A stretch of DNA of 64,000 nt from Auanema rhodensis (GCA_964057225.1 OZ059894.1:12896001-12960000); one strand, 5' to 3'. Counted from the stretch's first letter, positions 29,681 through 38,404 are shown. Notes: generated by a model from the letters alone, not told the origin. A program made the numbers and translations.

Positions 29681-32600
29681 TCAGAAAAGGTCGACGTAGG
29701 AAGGCAGAGATTCCTTGCTCGTCGATGGCTTGTTTGGTGGTGTGGCTTCTGTCTTCTTCAGCTTTGGCTTTGAGGGAGTTTGAGTCCCTTGTGTGCAGAT
29801 ATCAGGTAAAGACCTCTTCTGGAAGAGGTTTTTGATGCAGCGAAGTTCCTCAATGATGAGGTTCAATGGTGCTGTGAGTTGTTGGATGTCCTTGCGGAGA
29901 TCCTTCATCTCATTTACCAGAAGCTTGAGTTCTGGTTGCGCTTCCACTACAATGATGTTGGATTTGCGTGGAGGCGATGTTTCACAGCTTCTCTTTCTTG
30001 ATGGGGCCCTCAAAGGATCGTAGGGCATGTCCAATTTTACGTCGTCCAAGTGGTCCTTATGAATTCTTTCCACCAATTCGGTGAGTCGTTTCTCGTTGCC
30101 AAATAGTTGTAGATCAGTAAGCTCCTTTTCGAATACATTATAGGTCCTGGCTGTGTTGATAAAGTCCTTTATTTTGATGAAATAACAGAGAATATCAGTA
30201 GCGGCAAGTTGGATGTCTCTAGCAGGAGTATTTGTAATCGCTTCAAGTTGGAATAAAGTTTTCAGAGATAGATCCATGGATTGCAATAGGCCCTTGTAGT
30301 AATCATTTCTTTTGTCTAAGGACAGACGTAAGTATGATTGTTTTCTCTCGGCTGAGGAAGCAAGAGTATCGCGAATAGTGCTGGCGTGAGTTGACATGAT
30401 TAGGAATAAGAGTATGATAGCGACGTGGGTCTTCCGTTGAGTGATGAGGAAGAGGAGGCGCCTGAGGAAACGAAGCGTAATGATGGGCAGGCGGAGCGTG
30501 GTTTTAATAATTCTGATAGCGAAGAAAAGTGTGTTGCTCGCGATGGCGATGGAGTATGTCGTTATGATGTAATACGAAATGGCCAATGCGGATAATATCA
30601 GTATGAGACAAAATAGAAGTTCTCTGTACCAGTTAAGGTAAATGTCGTAGAAATGAGTGATATCAGGCCATGGGAAAGATATAACTGACTCATGAATGGA
30701 GGAGTGATTGCCATCGACGTAGTGTTTGTTGAGATCTTTCATATTATTCACGTAATATAATATTCCGGTGAGCAAAAATGACTTCGTTTGTTTTCCGCAA
30801 GTGTATGAACACTGTGTTCGAGGTGAAGCTGTTGTCATTGGAAGTCGAATAGTGTTCATTGTTCCTTCAGGGCTGCAGTGTAGCATGAATGCTGTACCTT
30901 CGCAAGTTGTTGCCGCGAGAGTATTTGTTGATGAGGAACATATAATTTTAGCCTGTGCTCCGTTTTGACAGTTGTAACAGCCTGTTAACATGGAGTCTGT
31001 TATGTCGCAAAATTCCGAGCTGTAATTGAATGAGCTTTGGAATTTGCCATCAATTGTGATGTGTAGTTCGGCCATAATGTTACGGTTGACAGTTATGTGA
31101 ACTTTGCGATTTGAAGATTCGATGGAGTAGGCAGGTGTGATGAGTGGTAAGGCACTTTTCACATTTTCAAATGATGTATTCAAAGAGTAGTCTTTGCATC
31201 GACAATTCACGGTATCTTCGGCTGGTGAACAATCGCAATGTGGAGTAGCTTGGCATTCCATTTTTATTGCTTTCTCTCTAGATGAGCAAGATAGAGTTGC
31301 TGGTTGGTTCCAGACTGCTGTTTTCGTCAGGTTTCGAATGAATTTGTATTGCATTGCTGGTATGACGGGTGAAGTAATGCTGGTAAGTGCTATCTTGAAT
31401 GGAGACAAAGAAGTTATCAAATCGCCGTGTAAGGTGATGTTTCTGGTGATTATATTTGTTCCATTTTGATAGGTAAGTAGCATCTGAGTAGATTGTGACC
31501 ATTCTGTGCAAGTGAAGACTTCGTAAATGGATTTGTCAGTGGGTTTCATATACGTTCTGTAGAAGAGGCAACCGGATGATGGATAGAAGCATCCGCAGCC
31601 AATGCCTCCACAAGATTCTGTGCAGAATGTTTGTCCTGGGTATTGGTTGGCCATAGTTAGTTCATTGATCTTGGTGTCTTCTCTGATCATGGCGCATTTT
31701 GTTTCTTGGCAGGATCCAGTTCGTGGGCAACGTTTGCTGTCTTGGACTTGAGTGATGCTTTCTCTAGTGAAGTATAGTGAATTTACTTCGCAAGAATAAG
31801 TGCTTTTGATCCACTGGATGCGTAGGAAAGTGATTTTGTCCTCGTTGTTGGTAAATGAGAGACATGCTTCCTGAGTGTATGGGCTGATGGTAAGTCGTTC
31901 TGATGTTCGGATTCGACATTCGTTTTGAGTGCATGACGATTCTTTTGTTGAAATCATGTTCAATTCTTGACATGCAGAGGTGTTTCCTATTTCTAACAGT
32001 ATTATTGCAAGAAGAGGAATGACGGATTGCCTTCTTTTTGAGAAGAGTTTCTTCAATTTTCGTCCAATTGTCAGTGTGAGTGAGAAGATTATATAGCACC
32101 ACAGACGAATTGGTTTGCCGATAACCCATGGTGTGTATAGTAGTCCGTAGCATAAGGCTGTGATCATATATACTATGAGTGTCAGTAGCAAGATTGAAGT
32201 CCAAGGCCAGCACGATGGATTGAGCAGGGTTGCTGTACAAAATGTGCAGGTAACTGTAGAGCAGAAGTGGACTCCTGGGCATGTTAAGAACATGTGTTGA
32301 AGTCTGGAGTTGTGAAAAAATGTCCAACTGACTTGGTAGTCTGTCAATATTTCTGCTGTGGGAAGAGTGACGTCTCCGTTGTTACTACTGTTGAAGCATG
32401 TGTTTTGGATGCACACTTGTTGGTTTGCCGTACTGATTCTTTGGATATGAACTCCGTGGGAGTTGCATGAAATTGTTGGGTTTGCTGAGGCCATTGGTCC
32501 GAAAATCGCAAGTATTGTGAAGAAAGTGAGGAGTGTATTGGTTGTATCTCCGTACCATACTCGTGGTAAGTTACGTAAGTTGGTTCTTCTTTCTTCATGA

Positions 32601-35600
32601 ACTTGTTCTTCTGGTGTTGCGTTGCCCTTGAGTTTTTCTGGGATCTCGTTGTCTGAGATTTCCAATGGGTGCAGTAAGTTGACTGGTCTTTTTATTTCTC
32701 GACCTGTTTCCGAAATCAGCGTTGCTTCTCTGATGTTTCCTGATCTGTCGGGGTGAACTTGAATTATTTTTCCTGTACTCCATTTGTGACGGGGAATAGG
32801 AAGCTCGTTGATTAGGACGATTTGACCAATGGATGGAGTTAACTTTGTTCCCGCTTTCTTAACTGAAATGTTGTGATGGTGTGTAGCGCGGATCTCTTTC
32901 AGGTATAGGTCTGTCCAAAGTTCCCAGAACTTGTTTGTGCGTTTCCTTGATGAGTGAATGGCTCGTTCTGTATCAGCTTGAGTTTGTAGCGCTGGGCTGT
33001 CAATGTAATCCTCATCCATTTCTTCTTCTGATTCGACAGAGATGTTCAAGTCGATGTCTTTATAGATGAAATCGCATGGTCGTATGATCTCATCTTTGTT
33101 CGTATCTGTACCGATGTATGTGAGTGGACGTGTGTTTATTGTAGCTTCACACTCTGCAAGGGTTATTGTGAGCTCTTCAGTAGTTGGAGTACTGTGGAGT
33201 GTTTTGTAAAGAGCTTCCTTCACGGACCTAATAAGTCTTTCGTAAAAACCGCCTTGCCATGGGGCATAGGGGGTGATGTTGTGCCAGCGAATTTTGTATT
33301 GATTTCCGCTGTCTGTTGTAGTGAAGAGTTTGTTTGCAACCTTTTGACCAAGCTCAAAGGTGCTTGCGTTGTCGCAGGTTATGCTCGATGGGCATCCACG
33401 TCGTGCCCAGATTTTCCGTAAACAGTTGAGAAATGCGGTAGTTGTGAGGTTGTGAATCACCTCAAGATGGATGAGTCTTGTCACCGTGCAGGTGTAGATG
33501 CAGCTCCAGACTTTCGTATTTCCGTCTTTGACTGTGATGGGTCCGAAGTAGTCGAGACCTACATGTTTGAAGGGTTGGCTTCGTTGGAGTCGTCTGGATG
33601 GTACGTTTCCTGATGGAGGGTACGTAAATGGCCGGTTGTTAAGCCTTTGACAATTTGTGCACTTTCTTATGACTGCTTGTGTCTGGGAACGTAGTTGAGG
33701 AATCCAGTATTTTTGTCGTACTTCCGCCATGGTATGAGCAGTACTTTTGTGAAATTTTTCATGAAAGTGCTCTATGAGGAGTCGTGCGGTTGGTGTTTTG
33801 GGAAGGATGATGATAGGAAGCTTAGCTGATTGCTCTAGCTCAGCGTTTTCCATTCGTCCTCTACTGTGCCAGAGGTGATCTCTGAGGAGTGGACGGAGAT
33901 CGTTTCTTTGGGCTGCTGTCAGACGAACCATCAAGTTTCTTTGATGAAGGTGTAGTAGATTTAGTTCTGCTTCTTCATAATGTTGAGGTGTACGAGCTTC
34001 AGTGAGTGGATAATGAGTTGCTATCCATTTTTCTTGTGCCTGTGTCCATGAGGAACAGTCTGATATCCATGGTTCTTCGTTTGGGTCGTCATCCGTAGTT
34101 GTCATGTGAACATTCACTTCATTCTGTGGAAGAGTGAATAATGGACCATTGATTGCTCGTTCGAGTTGAGCTTGTGGATTCCACCAGTAATGGTCGCTTA
34201 GCTCTGCTGTGGTACAACCTCTTGTGGCGATGTCGGCTGGATTATCCTTCGTGTTGATATAACCAAAGAAGGTTTTTATTTCCATATCTTCCAGTTGTTC
34301 TGCGCATTCGTTGATTTCTTTGATGCGGTTTTGTACCAAGACCCCAGTTGTTTTCTGGTCTGGTTTCTGTCGGATCCAAGCAAGTGCTATCTCAGAGTCG
34401 GATAGAAAGGTAGCAGTTTCTATCTTGATGTTGCCTCTGATTTCTTTGGCGATTTTCAGAGTGTTTGATACTCCTATTGTAAGAGCAGAGATTTCTGCTT
34501 TTGGGATTGTGATGGATGAACTCTTGGAGTGCAACTTTGATTTTGCAAACATGAGCCTGGGTTTGCGAGTTGATGCTGATAAGATGTAGACGCAAAATCC
34601 TAACGCTGATCCGCTGGAATCTGTGCAAGTGACCAGATGATATGAGTTTGTTGGGTCTGATGGTAGTGAGCGAGGAATCGCTTTTACCATGTGAAAATTG
34701 TCTGACAATTCTTTCCATTTTTGTTGTAGCTCATGGGGAAGTGTTGTGTCCCAGTCGAAGTTTTCTGTCCACAGTGATTGTAAAAACAGACGGAGTGGAT
34801 GAAGGCTGGGGCAGATCATTCCCATAGGATCGAAGATTGAGGCTATAGCTTGAGTTATGCCTCTTTTGGTTGGTTTTGTTTCTGTTATCTTCGTCTCGAT
34901 AATCCATTGATCAGTCTTGGTGTCCCAAGGTAGTCCCAATACTTTGGGTGTTGTTGAACTGTTTTTCTCTTCCATACTGAGGTTGTTGTTGAAGGTAGCG
35001 TCGTTAGATATGAATTCTTGGAGTGTCATATTCATTTCTGCGAATATGTCTTTGATGTCTTGATACCAGAGACATATCTTTTCGCTCGAATCACATGCTA
35101 AGAGTAAGTTGTCGACGTAGAGGTTTTCCTTTATTTGATGGGCAAGAAAGTTTTCGTGACTTCTTTGCATCAGATGATAGCGTATAGTTGCGCTGAGAAG
35201 GAATGGAGAAGCGTTGATGCCAAACGGAACTCGGCAAAAACGAAGTGTCCTTATGTTTTCTGGTGTGATTGGTTGATTGATGTCATTTAACCAGAAGAAT
35301 CGTGTCGCGTCTCTTTCGGATTCGTGTAGTCGGATTTGAAGAAAGGCTTTTTTAACGTCAGCAATCATTGCTATTGGTCCGCATCTGAATCGTAGTATCA
35401 TCCCTATGAGAGAAGGAAGGATTAATGGGCCTTGGTGAATGACGTCGTTCAAGCTTGGCTTGTTTTGGTAATGTCCGGAGGCATCGTAGACTATTCTAAG
35501 CTTAGTCGTTTCCTTTTGAGGCGTTATCACTGCCTGATGGGCGATGTAGTGAATCCTATGAGCGTTTGGGTATGGATCCGTAGCCTCCTCAATGATGCCG

Positions 35601-37942
35601 CTGTTTAACTGTTCTTCAATAATGTTGTTGTATTGTTGAAGTAGTTGTGGTTGATTTGATAGTTTAAGGGCTAAACTTGTCAATCTTTTGAGAGCAAGTG
35701 CTCTGTTGTCCGGAAGTAAGTGTGCGTTTTCTTTCCATGGGAACGAAACATAATAGCCATCTTCTTTCTTTTGGATGGAAGCGTTGAATTGATCTAGGAT
35801 CAATTTGTCTCTTGCTTCTCTCTCCTCTTGTTCTGTGCCGGTAAATTCCATGTGTTCTTCAATGAAACTTTTGTTCCATTTTTGAATTGGTATTGAAGAT
35901 TCTCCTGTGATGACGGAGTAGGCACTAATTGACTTTTTGTCAGTTGTTTGACCGGTGATGAAATCTCCAAATTGTGTGTGGATGATTATGTTGTCTGGAT
36001 TTAATTGCTCTACGGAAGTCAGTGCTTGCCACATAAGGTCCGATCCTATGAGGATTCTAGGAGTAATCTTGGAAGTTTGTCCTAGGCTTGGCTTGGCCTT
36101 TGTAGCTTTTTGGAAGCTGACTGTGTTGATAGGTCCTGTGAGAATCTTCTTTGTCCATAAGTTGGCAATGATTTCGGACTTGGTTCCGATGATCTTTGCT
36201 TCCACTTTATTGAGTTTCTCAATAGAGGTTGTGTTTCCGAAGGTTTTTATCTTTACTCGCTTCGTTTGGATTACGGTAAGCTGAAGCTCTTTAGCGAGGT
36301 CTTCTTCGATGAAGGATGTGTCTGATCCGCTATCAAGTATAGCGGGCACAGCAATGGTCTTATCCCCTTTGAAGATGTTGATCGTCCCTACCGGGAGTAG
36401 AGCGTTGTAAAACTGTTGGTCCTGTTGTTGAGTAGCGAACTGAATGATGTGTTCTTCCTCGTTGTAATCATCTTCCATGGGAGTGCTGCTTAACATATTC
36501 ACTTTGGAAGTCTTCTTTCTTCCGTAGCAGAGGACTTCTAAGTGTTTTTCGCCACACTTGGAGCATGTGCGTTTGCTGGGGCAGTTCTCTGTGTTGTGAG
36601 ACTTGCGTAGACAGTTGTGGCAGCGTTTTTCTTGAGTCAGAATGGTCTGACGTTCTTTCTTCGTCTTCGGAGTGTCGCAGTCCCAGGGAGCGTGGGGTTT
36701 CTGACAGAAGATGCAGCTTGTTGTTTTTGCTGCTGTTTTTCTCATCTCAGGTCGTGGGCGCTGAGGTGTCGACACGTTGTTGGGCCTTGGGCCTGTGAAG
36801 CTGTTTGGACGTTGGATGGGTTTCTCAAATCGATCAGCAGCAAAGATTTTTACCTTGTTTTGTTGGCGAAGGTATCTTTGAAGTGTCGATACTAGTGTTC
36901 CAATGCTGGGCCTTGTGTCGAGCGTTTTGTAGAGCTCTTGAATAATGCTGCCTGGTAGCTTGCTGTGTAGAAGTACAATAGCAAGAGCGTTTAGCGCTTC
37001 GTGTGAATTGGTTTCTGTTTGGCGAAAGATACCGGATATCTTGTCGGCCATGAACAGAAGGTCTCTGTTGCTCGTGGAGCGTGGTTGGATTTGTACGAAA
37101 TCCAACATTAGGTGTTGGAGGATGTTGTCGTTGTCATCGTACAAATCATGGAGGAAGCAGACGGCAGCGTCATAGGAGTCTTCGTTCGTTGGGAACGAAG
37201 AGAGCTGAGCGGCTGCTTCACCGACAAGAGATTGACGTAGGTAGTTAAATTTCTCGATTGTCGGTATGTTAGCCGAGTGGATGAGTCGGTTGAACAAACT
37301 CCAGAAGTTGCGCCAGTTCTTCACATTTCCGTCAAACTTAGGGATGTCTACAGGTTTGACCGTGGGTCTCAGTCTGTAGGACTCCCTGTACGCTATTGGT
37401 AGCGGTTCGTTTCCCAACTGAGCTTGAGTCGGTTGGGTGAGGTCTGGCCTCTGAACTTCAGTTGTGAGCGGAATGTTGGCAATGGGCTGGGCAGACGGCG
37501 CAGAAGAAGTTTGTTCTTCTTCCGGGTCTTGAGCTCGCATTGCAGAGACTTGGTCTCTTAGCGCGGAGGTATATCCACGTAGGGTGGATATGTGTCTCCG
37601 GAGAGTATCCTCGTTAGCGAGGATTCTCTCTTGATCTTCAGAGTTAAGATCTTCGGTAATATTGTTCAACTCCTCAATGAGGGAGTTGATCATGTTGATG
37701 TCAAGGTCAATAGCCAGCATCTCTTTTTCACGAAGTTCAATCATCCAGGTCATTTTGTTTGACTGGAGATTGATTTGACGAGTCATGAAAGATTTTCTTC
37801 GTCCGTCCTGTTTTTGAAGCTTAGTCAAAAACGAAGTACACCTAGCGATCCAAGCGTTGGCCCGAGAGGTATCGGAAGCCTCGGCCTCATGCACCATGTT
37901 TTGACTGGAGTCCTTTGAAGTAGGAGAGCGTAAAACAGGCAT
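29681..37942 (-). CDS. Gag-Pol-Env polyprotein, 2753 aa (alternative start at Met16, nt 37897)
   Basis: Uninterrupted ORF. Motifs: IPKFDG..W..FW (BEL/Pao Gag), three Cys-His knuckles, LDSGS protease, ADVKKAFLQI / VPFG / YVDN RT, TDSS..E..SDS..NPADIATRG RNase H, HHCC plus DDE integrase, and a Cys-rich glycoprotein region. Confidence 0.97.
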   Translation of the reverse strand: MPVLRSPTSKDSSQNMVHEAEASDTSRANAWIARCTSFLTKLQKQDGRRKSFMTRQINLQSNKMTWMIELREKEMLAIDLDINMINSLIEELNNITEDLNSEDQERILANEDTLRRHISTLRGYTSALRDQVSAMRAQDPEEEQTSSAPSAQPIANIPLTTEVQRPDLTQPTQAQLGNEPLPIAYRESYRLRPTVKPVDIPKFDGNVKNWRNFWSLFNRLIHSANIPTIEKFNYLRQSLVGEAAAQLSSFPTNEDSYDAAVCFLHDLYDDNDNILQHLMLDFVQIQPRSTSNRDLLFMADKISGIFRQTETNSHEALNALAIVLLHSKLPGSIIQELYKTLDTRPSIGTLVSTLQRYLRQQNKVKIFAADRFEKPIQRPNSFTGPRPNNVSTPQRPRPEMRKTAAKTTSCIFCQKPHAPWDCDTPKTKKERQTILTQEKRCHNCLRKSHNTENCPSKRTCSKCGEKHLEVLCYGRKKTSKVNMLSSTPMEDDYNEEEHIIQFATQQQDQQFYNALLPVGTINIFKGDKTIAVPAILDSGSDTSFIEEDLAKELQLTVIQTKRVKIKTFGNTTSIEKLNKVEAKIIGTKSEIIANLWTKKILTGPINTVSFQKATKAKPSLGQTSKITPRILIGSDLMWQALTSVEQLNPDNIIIHTQFGDFITGQTTDKKSISAYSVITGESSIPIQKWNKSFIEEHMEFTGTEQEEREARDKLILDQFNASIQKKEDGYYVSFPWKENAHLLPDNRALALKRLTSLALKLSNQPQLLQQYNNIIEEQLNSGIIEEATDPYPNAHRIHYIAHQAVITPQKETTKLRIVYDASGHYQNKPSLNDVIHQGPLILPSLIGMILRFRCGPIAMIADVKKAFLQIRLHESERDATRFFWLNDINQPITPENIRTLRFCRVPFGINASPFLLSATIRYHLMQRSHENFLAHQIKENLYVDNLLLACDSSEKICLWYQDIKDIFAEMNMTLQEFISNDATFNNNLSMEEKNSSTTPKVLGLPWDTKTDQWIIETKITETKPTKRGITQAIASIFDPMGMICPSLHPLRLFLQSLWTENFDWDTTLPHELQQKWKELSDNFHMVKAIPRSLPSDPTNSYHLVTCTDSSGSALGFCVYILSASTRKPRLMFAKSKLHSKSSSITIPKAEISALTIGVSNTLKIAKEIRGNIKIETATFLSDSEIALAWIRQKPDQKTTGVLVQNRIKEINECAEQLEDMEIKTFFGYINTKDNPADIATRGCTTAELSDHYWWNPQAQLERAINGPLFTLPQNEVNVHMTTTDDDPNEEPWISDCSSWTQAQEKWIATHYPLTEARTPQHYEEAELNLLHLHQRNLMVRLTAAQRNDLRPLLRDHLWHSRGRMENAELEQSAKLPIIILPKTPTARLLIEHFHEKFHKSTAHTMAEVRQKYWIPQLRSQTQAVIRKCTNCQRLNNRPFTYPPSGNVPSRRLQRSQPFKHVGLDYFGPITVKDGNTKVWSCIYTCTVTRLIHLEVIHNLTTTAFLNCLRKIWARRGCPSSITCDNASTFELGQKVANKLFTTTDSGNQYKIRWHNITPYAPWQGGFYERLIRSVKEALYKTLHSTPTTEELTITLAECEATINTRPLTYIGTDTNKDEIIRPCDFIYKDIDLNISVESEEEMDEDYIDSPALQTQADTERAIHSSRKRTNKFWELWTDLYLKEIRATHHHNISVKKAGTKLTPSIGQIVLINELPIPRHKWSTGKIIQVHPDRSGNIREATLISETGREIKRPVNLLHPLEISDNEIPEKLKGNATPEEQVHEERRTNLRNLPRVWYGDTTNTLLTFFTILAIFGPMASANPTISCNSHGVHIQRISTANQQVCIQNTCFNSSNNGDVTLPTAEILTDYQVSWTFFHNSRLQHMFLTCPGVHFCSTVTCTFCTATLLNPSCWPWTSILLLTLIVYMITALCYGLLYTPWVIGKPIRLWCYIIFSLTLTIGRKLKKLFSKRRQSVIPLLAIILLEIGNTSACQELNMISTKESSCTQNECRIRTSERLTISPYTQEACLSFTNNEDKITFLRIQWIKSTYSCEVNSLYFTRESITQVQDSKRCPRTGSCQETKCAMIREDTKINELTMANQYPGQTFCTESCGGIGCGCFYPSSGCLFYRTYMKPTDKSIYEVFTCTEWSQSTQMLLTYQNGTNIITRNITLHGDLITSLSPFKIALTSITSPVIPAMQYKFIRNLTKTAVWNQPATLSCSSREKAIKMECQATPHCDCSPAEDTVNCRCKDYSLNTSFENVKSALPLITPAYSIESSNRKVHITVNRNIMAELHITIDGKFQSSFNYSSEFCDITDSMLTGCYNCQNGAQAKIICSSSTNTLAATTCEGTAFMLHCSPEGTMNTIRLPMTTASPRTQCSYTCGKQTKSFLLTGILYYVNNMKDLNKHYVDGNHSSIHESVISFPWPDITHFYDIYLNWYRELLFCLILILSALAISYYIITTYSIAIASNTLFFAIRIIKTTLRLPIITLRFLRRLLFLITQRKTHVAIILLFLIMSTHASTIRDTLASSAERKQSYLRLSLDKRNDYYKGLLQSMDLSLKTLFQLEAITNTPARDIQLAATDILCYFIKIKDFINTARTYNVFEKELTDLQLFGNEKRLTELVERIHKDHLDDVKLDMPYDPLRAPSRKRSCETSPPRKSNIIVVEAQPELKLLVNEMKDLRKDIQQLTAPLNLIIEELRCIKNLFQKRSLPDICTQGTQTPSKPKLKKTEATPPNKPSTSKESLPSYVDLF
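30560..31972 (-). other. env: Phlebovirus Gc-like class II fusion glycoprotein (env)
   Basis: Starts at Cys1991 after an xSA signal cleavage site. Contains RCPRTGSC, the fusion-loop motif CTESCGGIGCGCFYPSSGCLFYRTY (31562-31624) and GCYNCQNGA. The ectodomain is about 447 aa and is followed by a TM helix. Confidence 0.9.
31973..32545 (-). other. Signal peptide, short Cys-rich Gn-like membrane protein, and the signal peptide of Gc
   Basis: LLTFFTILAIFGPMASA|NPTISC, then CPGVHFCSTVTCTFC..NPSCWP, a TM segment, a basic stretch and IPLLAIILLEIGNTSA|C. Confidence 0.7.
32660..33800 (-). other. Integrase (HHCC zinc finger, DDE core, DUF5641-like C-terminal domain)
   Basis: H..H..CTNC; GLDYFGP (D at 33551-33553), TCDNA (D at 33371-33373), GGFYERL (E at 33239-33241); KFWELWTDLYL. 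Confidence 0.95.
34200..35560 (-). other. pol: Reverse transcriptase and RNase H domains
   Basis: KLRIVYDAS, ADVKKAFLQI, RVPFGINASPFLL, LYVDN (YVDN at 35108-35119), KVLGLPW, DPMG; RNase H motifs CTDSS, IPKAE, SDSEIAL, NPADIATRG. Boundaries are approximate. Confidence 0.95.
35950..36400 (-). other. Aspartic protease domain
   Basis: AILDSGSDTSFI (DSG at 36326-36334) and downstream ILIGSD. Boundaries are approximate. Confidence 0.9.
36530..37897 (-). other. gag: Gag region (N-terminal coiled coil, DUF1759-like capsid region, three zinc knuckles)
   Basis: CIFCQKPHAPWDC, CHNCLRKSHNTENC and CSKCGEKHLEVLC at about 36530-36715; VDIPKFDGNVKNWRNFWSLF. Boundaries are approximate. Confidence 0.9.
37882..37896 (-). 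promoter_or_regulatory. Primer-binding site, tRNA-Gly(GCC) type
   Basis: TGGTGCATG(A)GGCCG directly abuts the 5' LTR. It is complementary to a tRNA-Gly 3' end ...CGGCCCAUGCACCA (sequence recalled) with a one-base bulge. Confidence 0.85.
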
Positions 37943-37956
37943 GGGTGGTTCAGTGG
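37939..37956 (-). promoter_or_regulatory. U5 element complementary to the first 18 nt of tRNA-Gly(GCC); second copy at 28831-28848
   Basis: The plus strand reads GCATGGGTGGTTCAGTGG, the 5' end of a eukaryotic tRNA-Gly(GCC) as recalled. The match stops before TAGAAT. Confidence 0.8.
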
Positions 37957-38164
37957 ATTTGAAGTGTAGAGAACGAGAACGCTAGGTTACTTGGACAACG
38001 ATTTATTAAGAGAGAACTGGTAAAGACAACAGTGACAAAAAATAGAAAAATAGATGAACACAATACGAAGCAAGAATACAAGGTAATATGGAGCAGCAGC
38101 AACAGCAGAACGACGCTTGGAGCGGTCGTTGGATCAAGAGGTGGAGAATGGGAAAAGTTGCGAG

Positions 38165-38173
38165 CTTATATAC
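38165..38173 (-). promoter_or_regulatory. LTR TATA box (copy at 29057-29065)
   Basis: GTATATAAG fits the nematode-type GTATAWWAG consensus and lies about 160 nt upstream of the AATAAA. Confidence 0.65.
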
Positions 38174-38404
38174 GAATTCTACCGAGCGATATACAATACA
38201 TATTAATGATGGCATGAAGAAATAGAGAAATAATTTACAACAAGAATACGAAATAATATATAATAAATGAAATATAAAATAATCTAGGAATAATAGATAC
38301 GTGGGCTGAATATTAGAATAGAATAGAATATAGAGAGAATACAGCATTTTGCCACAGATTGAATGTGCCTTCTGCTGTAAGTTGTGGGGGCAGGCTAAGT
38401 GTAG

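Noticed and set aside
28898-29835. Short ORFs in the LTRs (135, 61, 61, 61 and 86 aa) and their copies at 38006-38756
   Set aside because: They lie in LTR regulatory sequence, are compositionally biased, have no recognisable motif, and are duplicated only because the LTR is.
32862-32869. ATTTCAG splice or trans-splice acceptor upstream of env on the minus strand
   Set aside because: It is a short, common motif, and the next ATG (32783) is out of frame with env. It cannot be supported without RNA data.
35900-36600. Gag-pol ribosomal frameshift or readthrough site
   Set aside because: Gag and Pol are in one continuous frame, which is usual for BEL/Pao elements.
29793-37175. Small antisense and alternate-frame ORFs overlapping the polyprotein, including the 187-aa ORF at 31764-32327
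   Set aside because: These are expected shadows of a long coding region, with no motifs or independent expression signals.
37939-38010. A complete element-encoded tRNA-Gly gene
   Set aside because: Only the first 18 nt match. No anticodon arm or T arm follows, and the 3'-end match lies upstream on the same strand, so the order is permuted.
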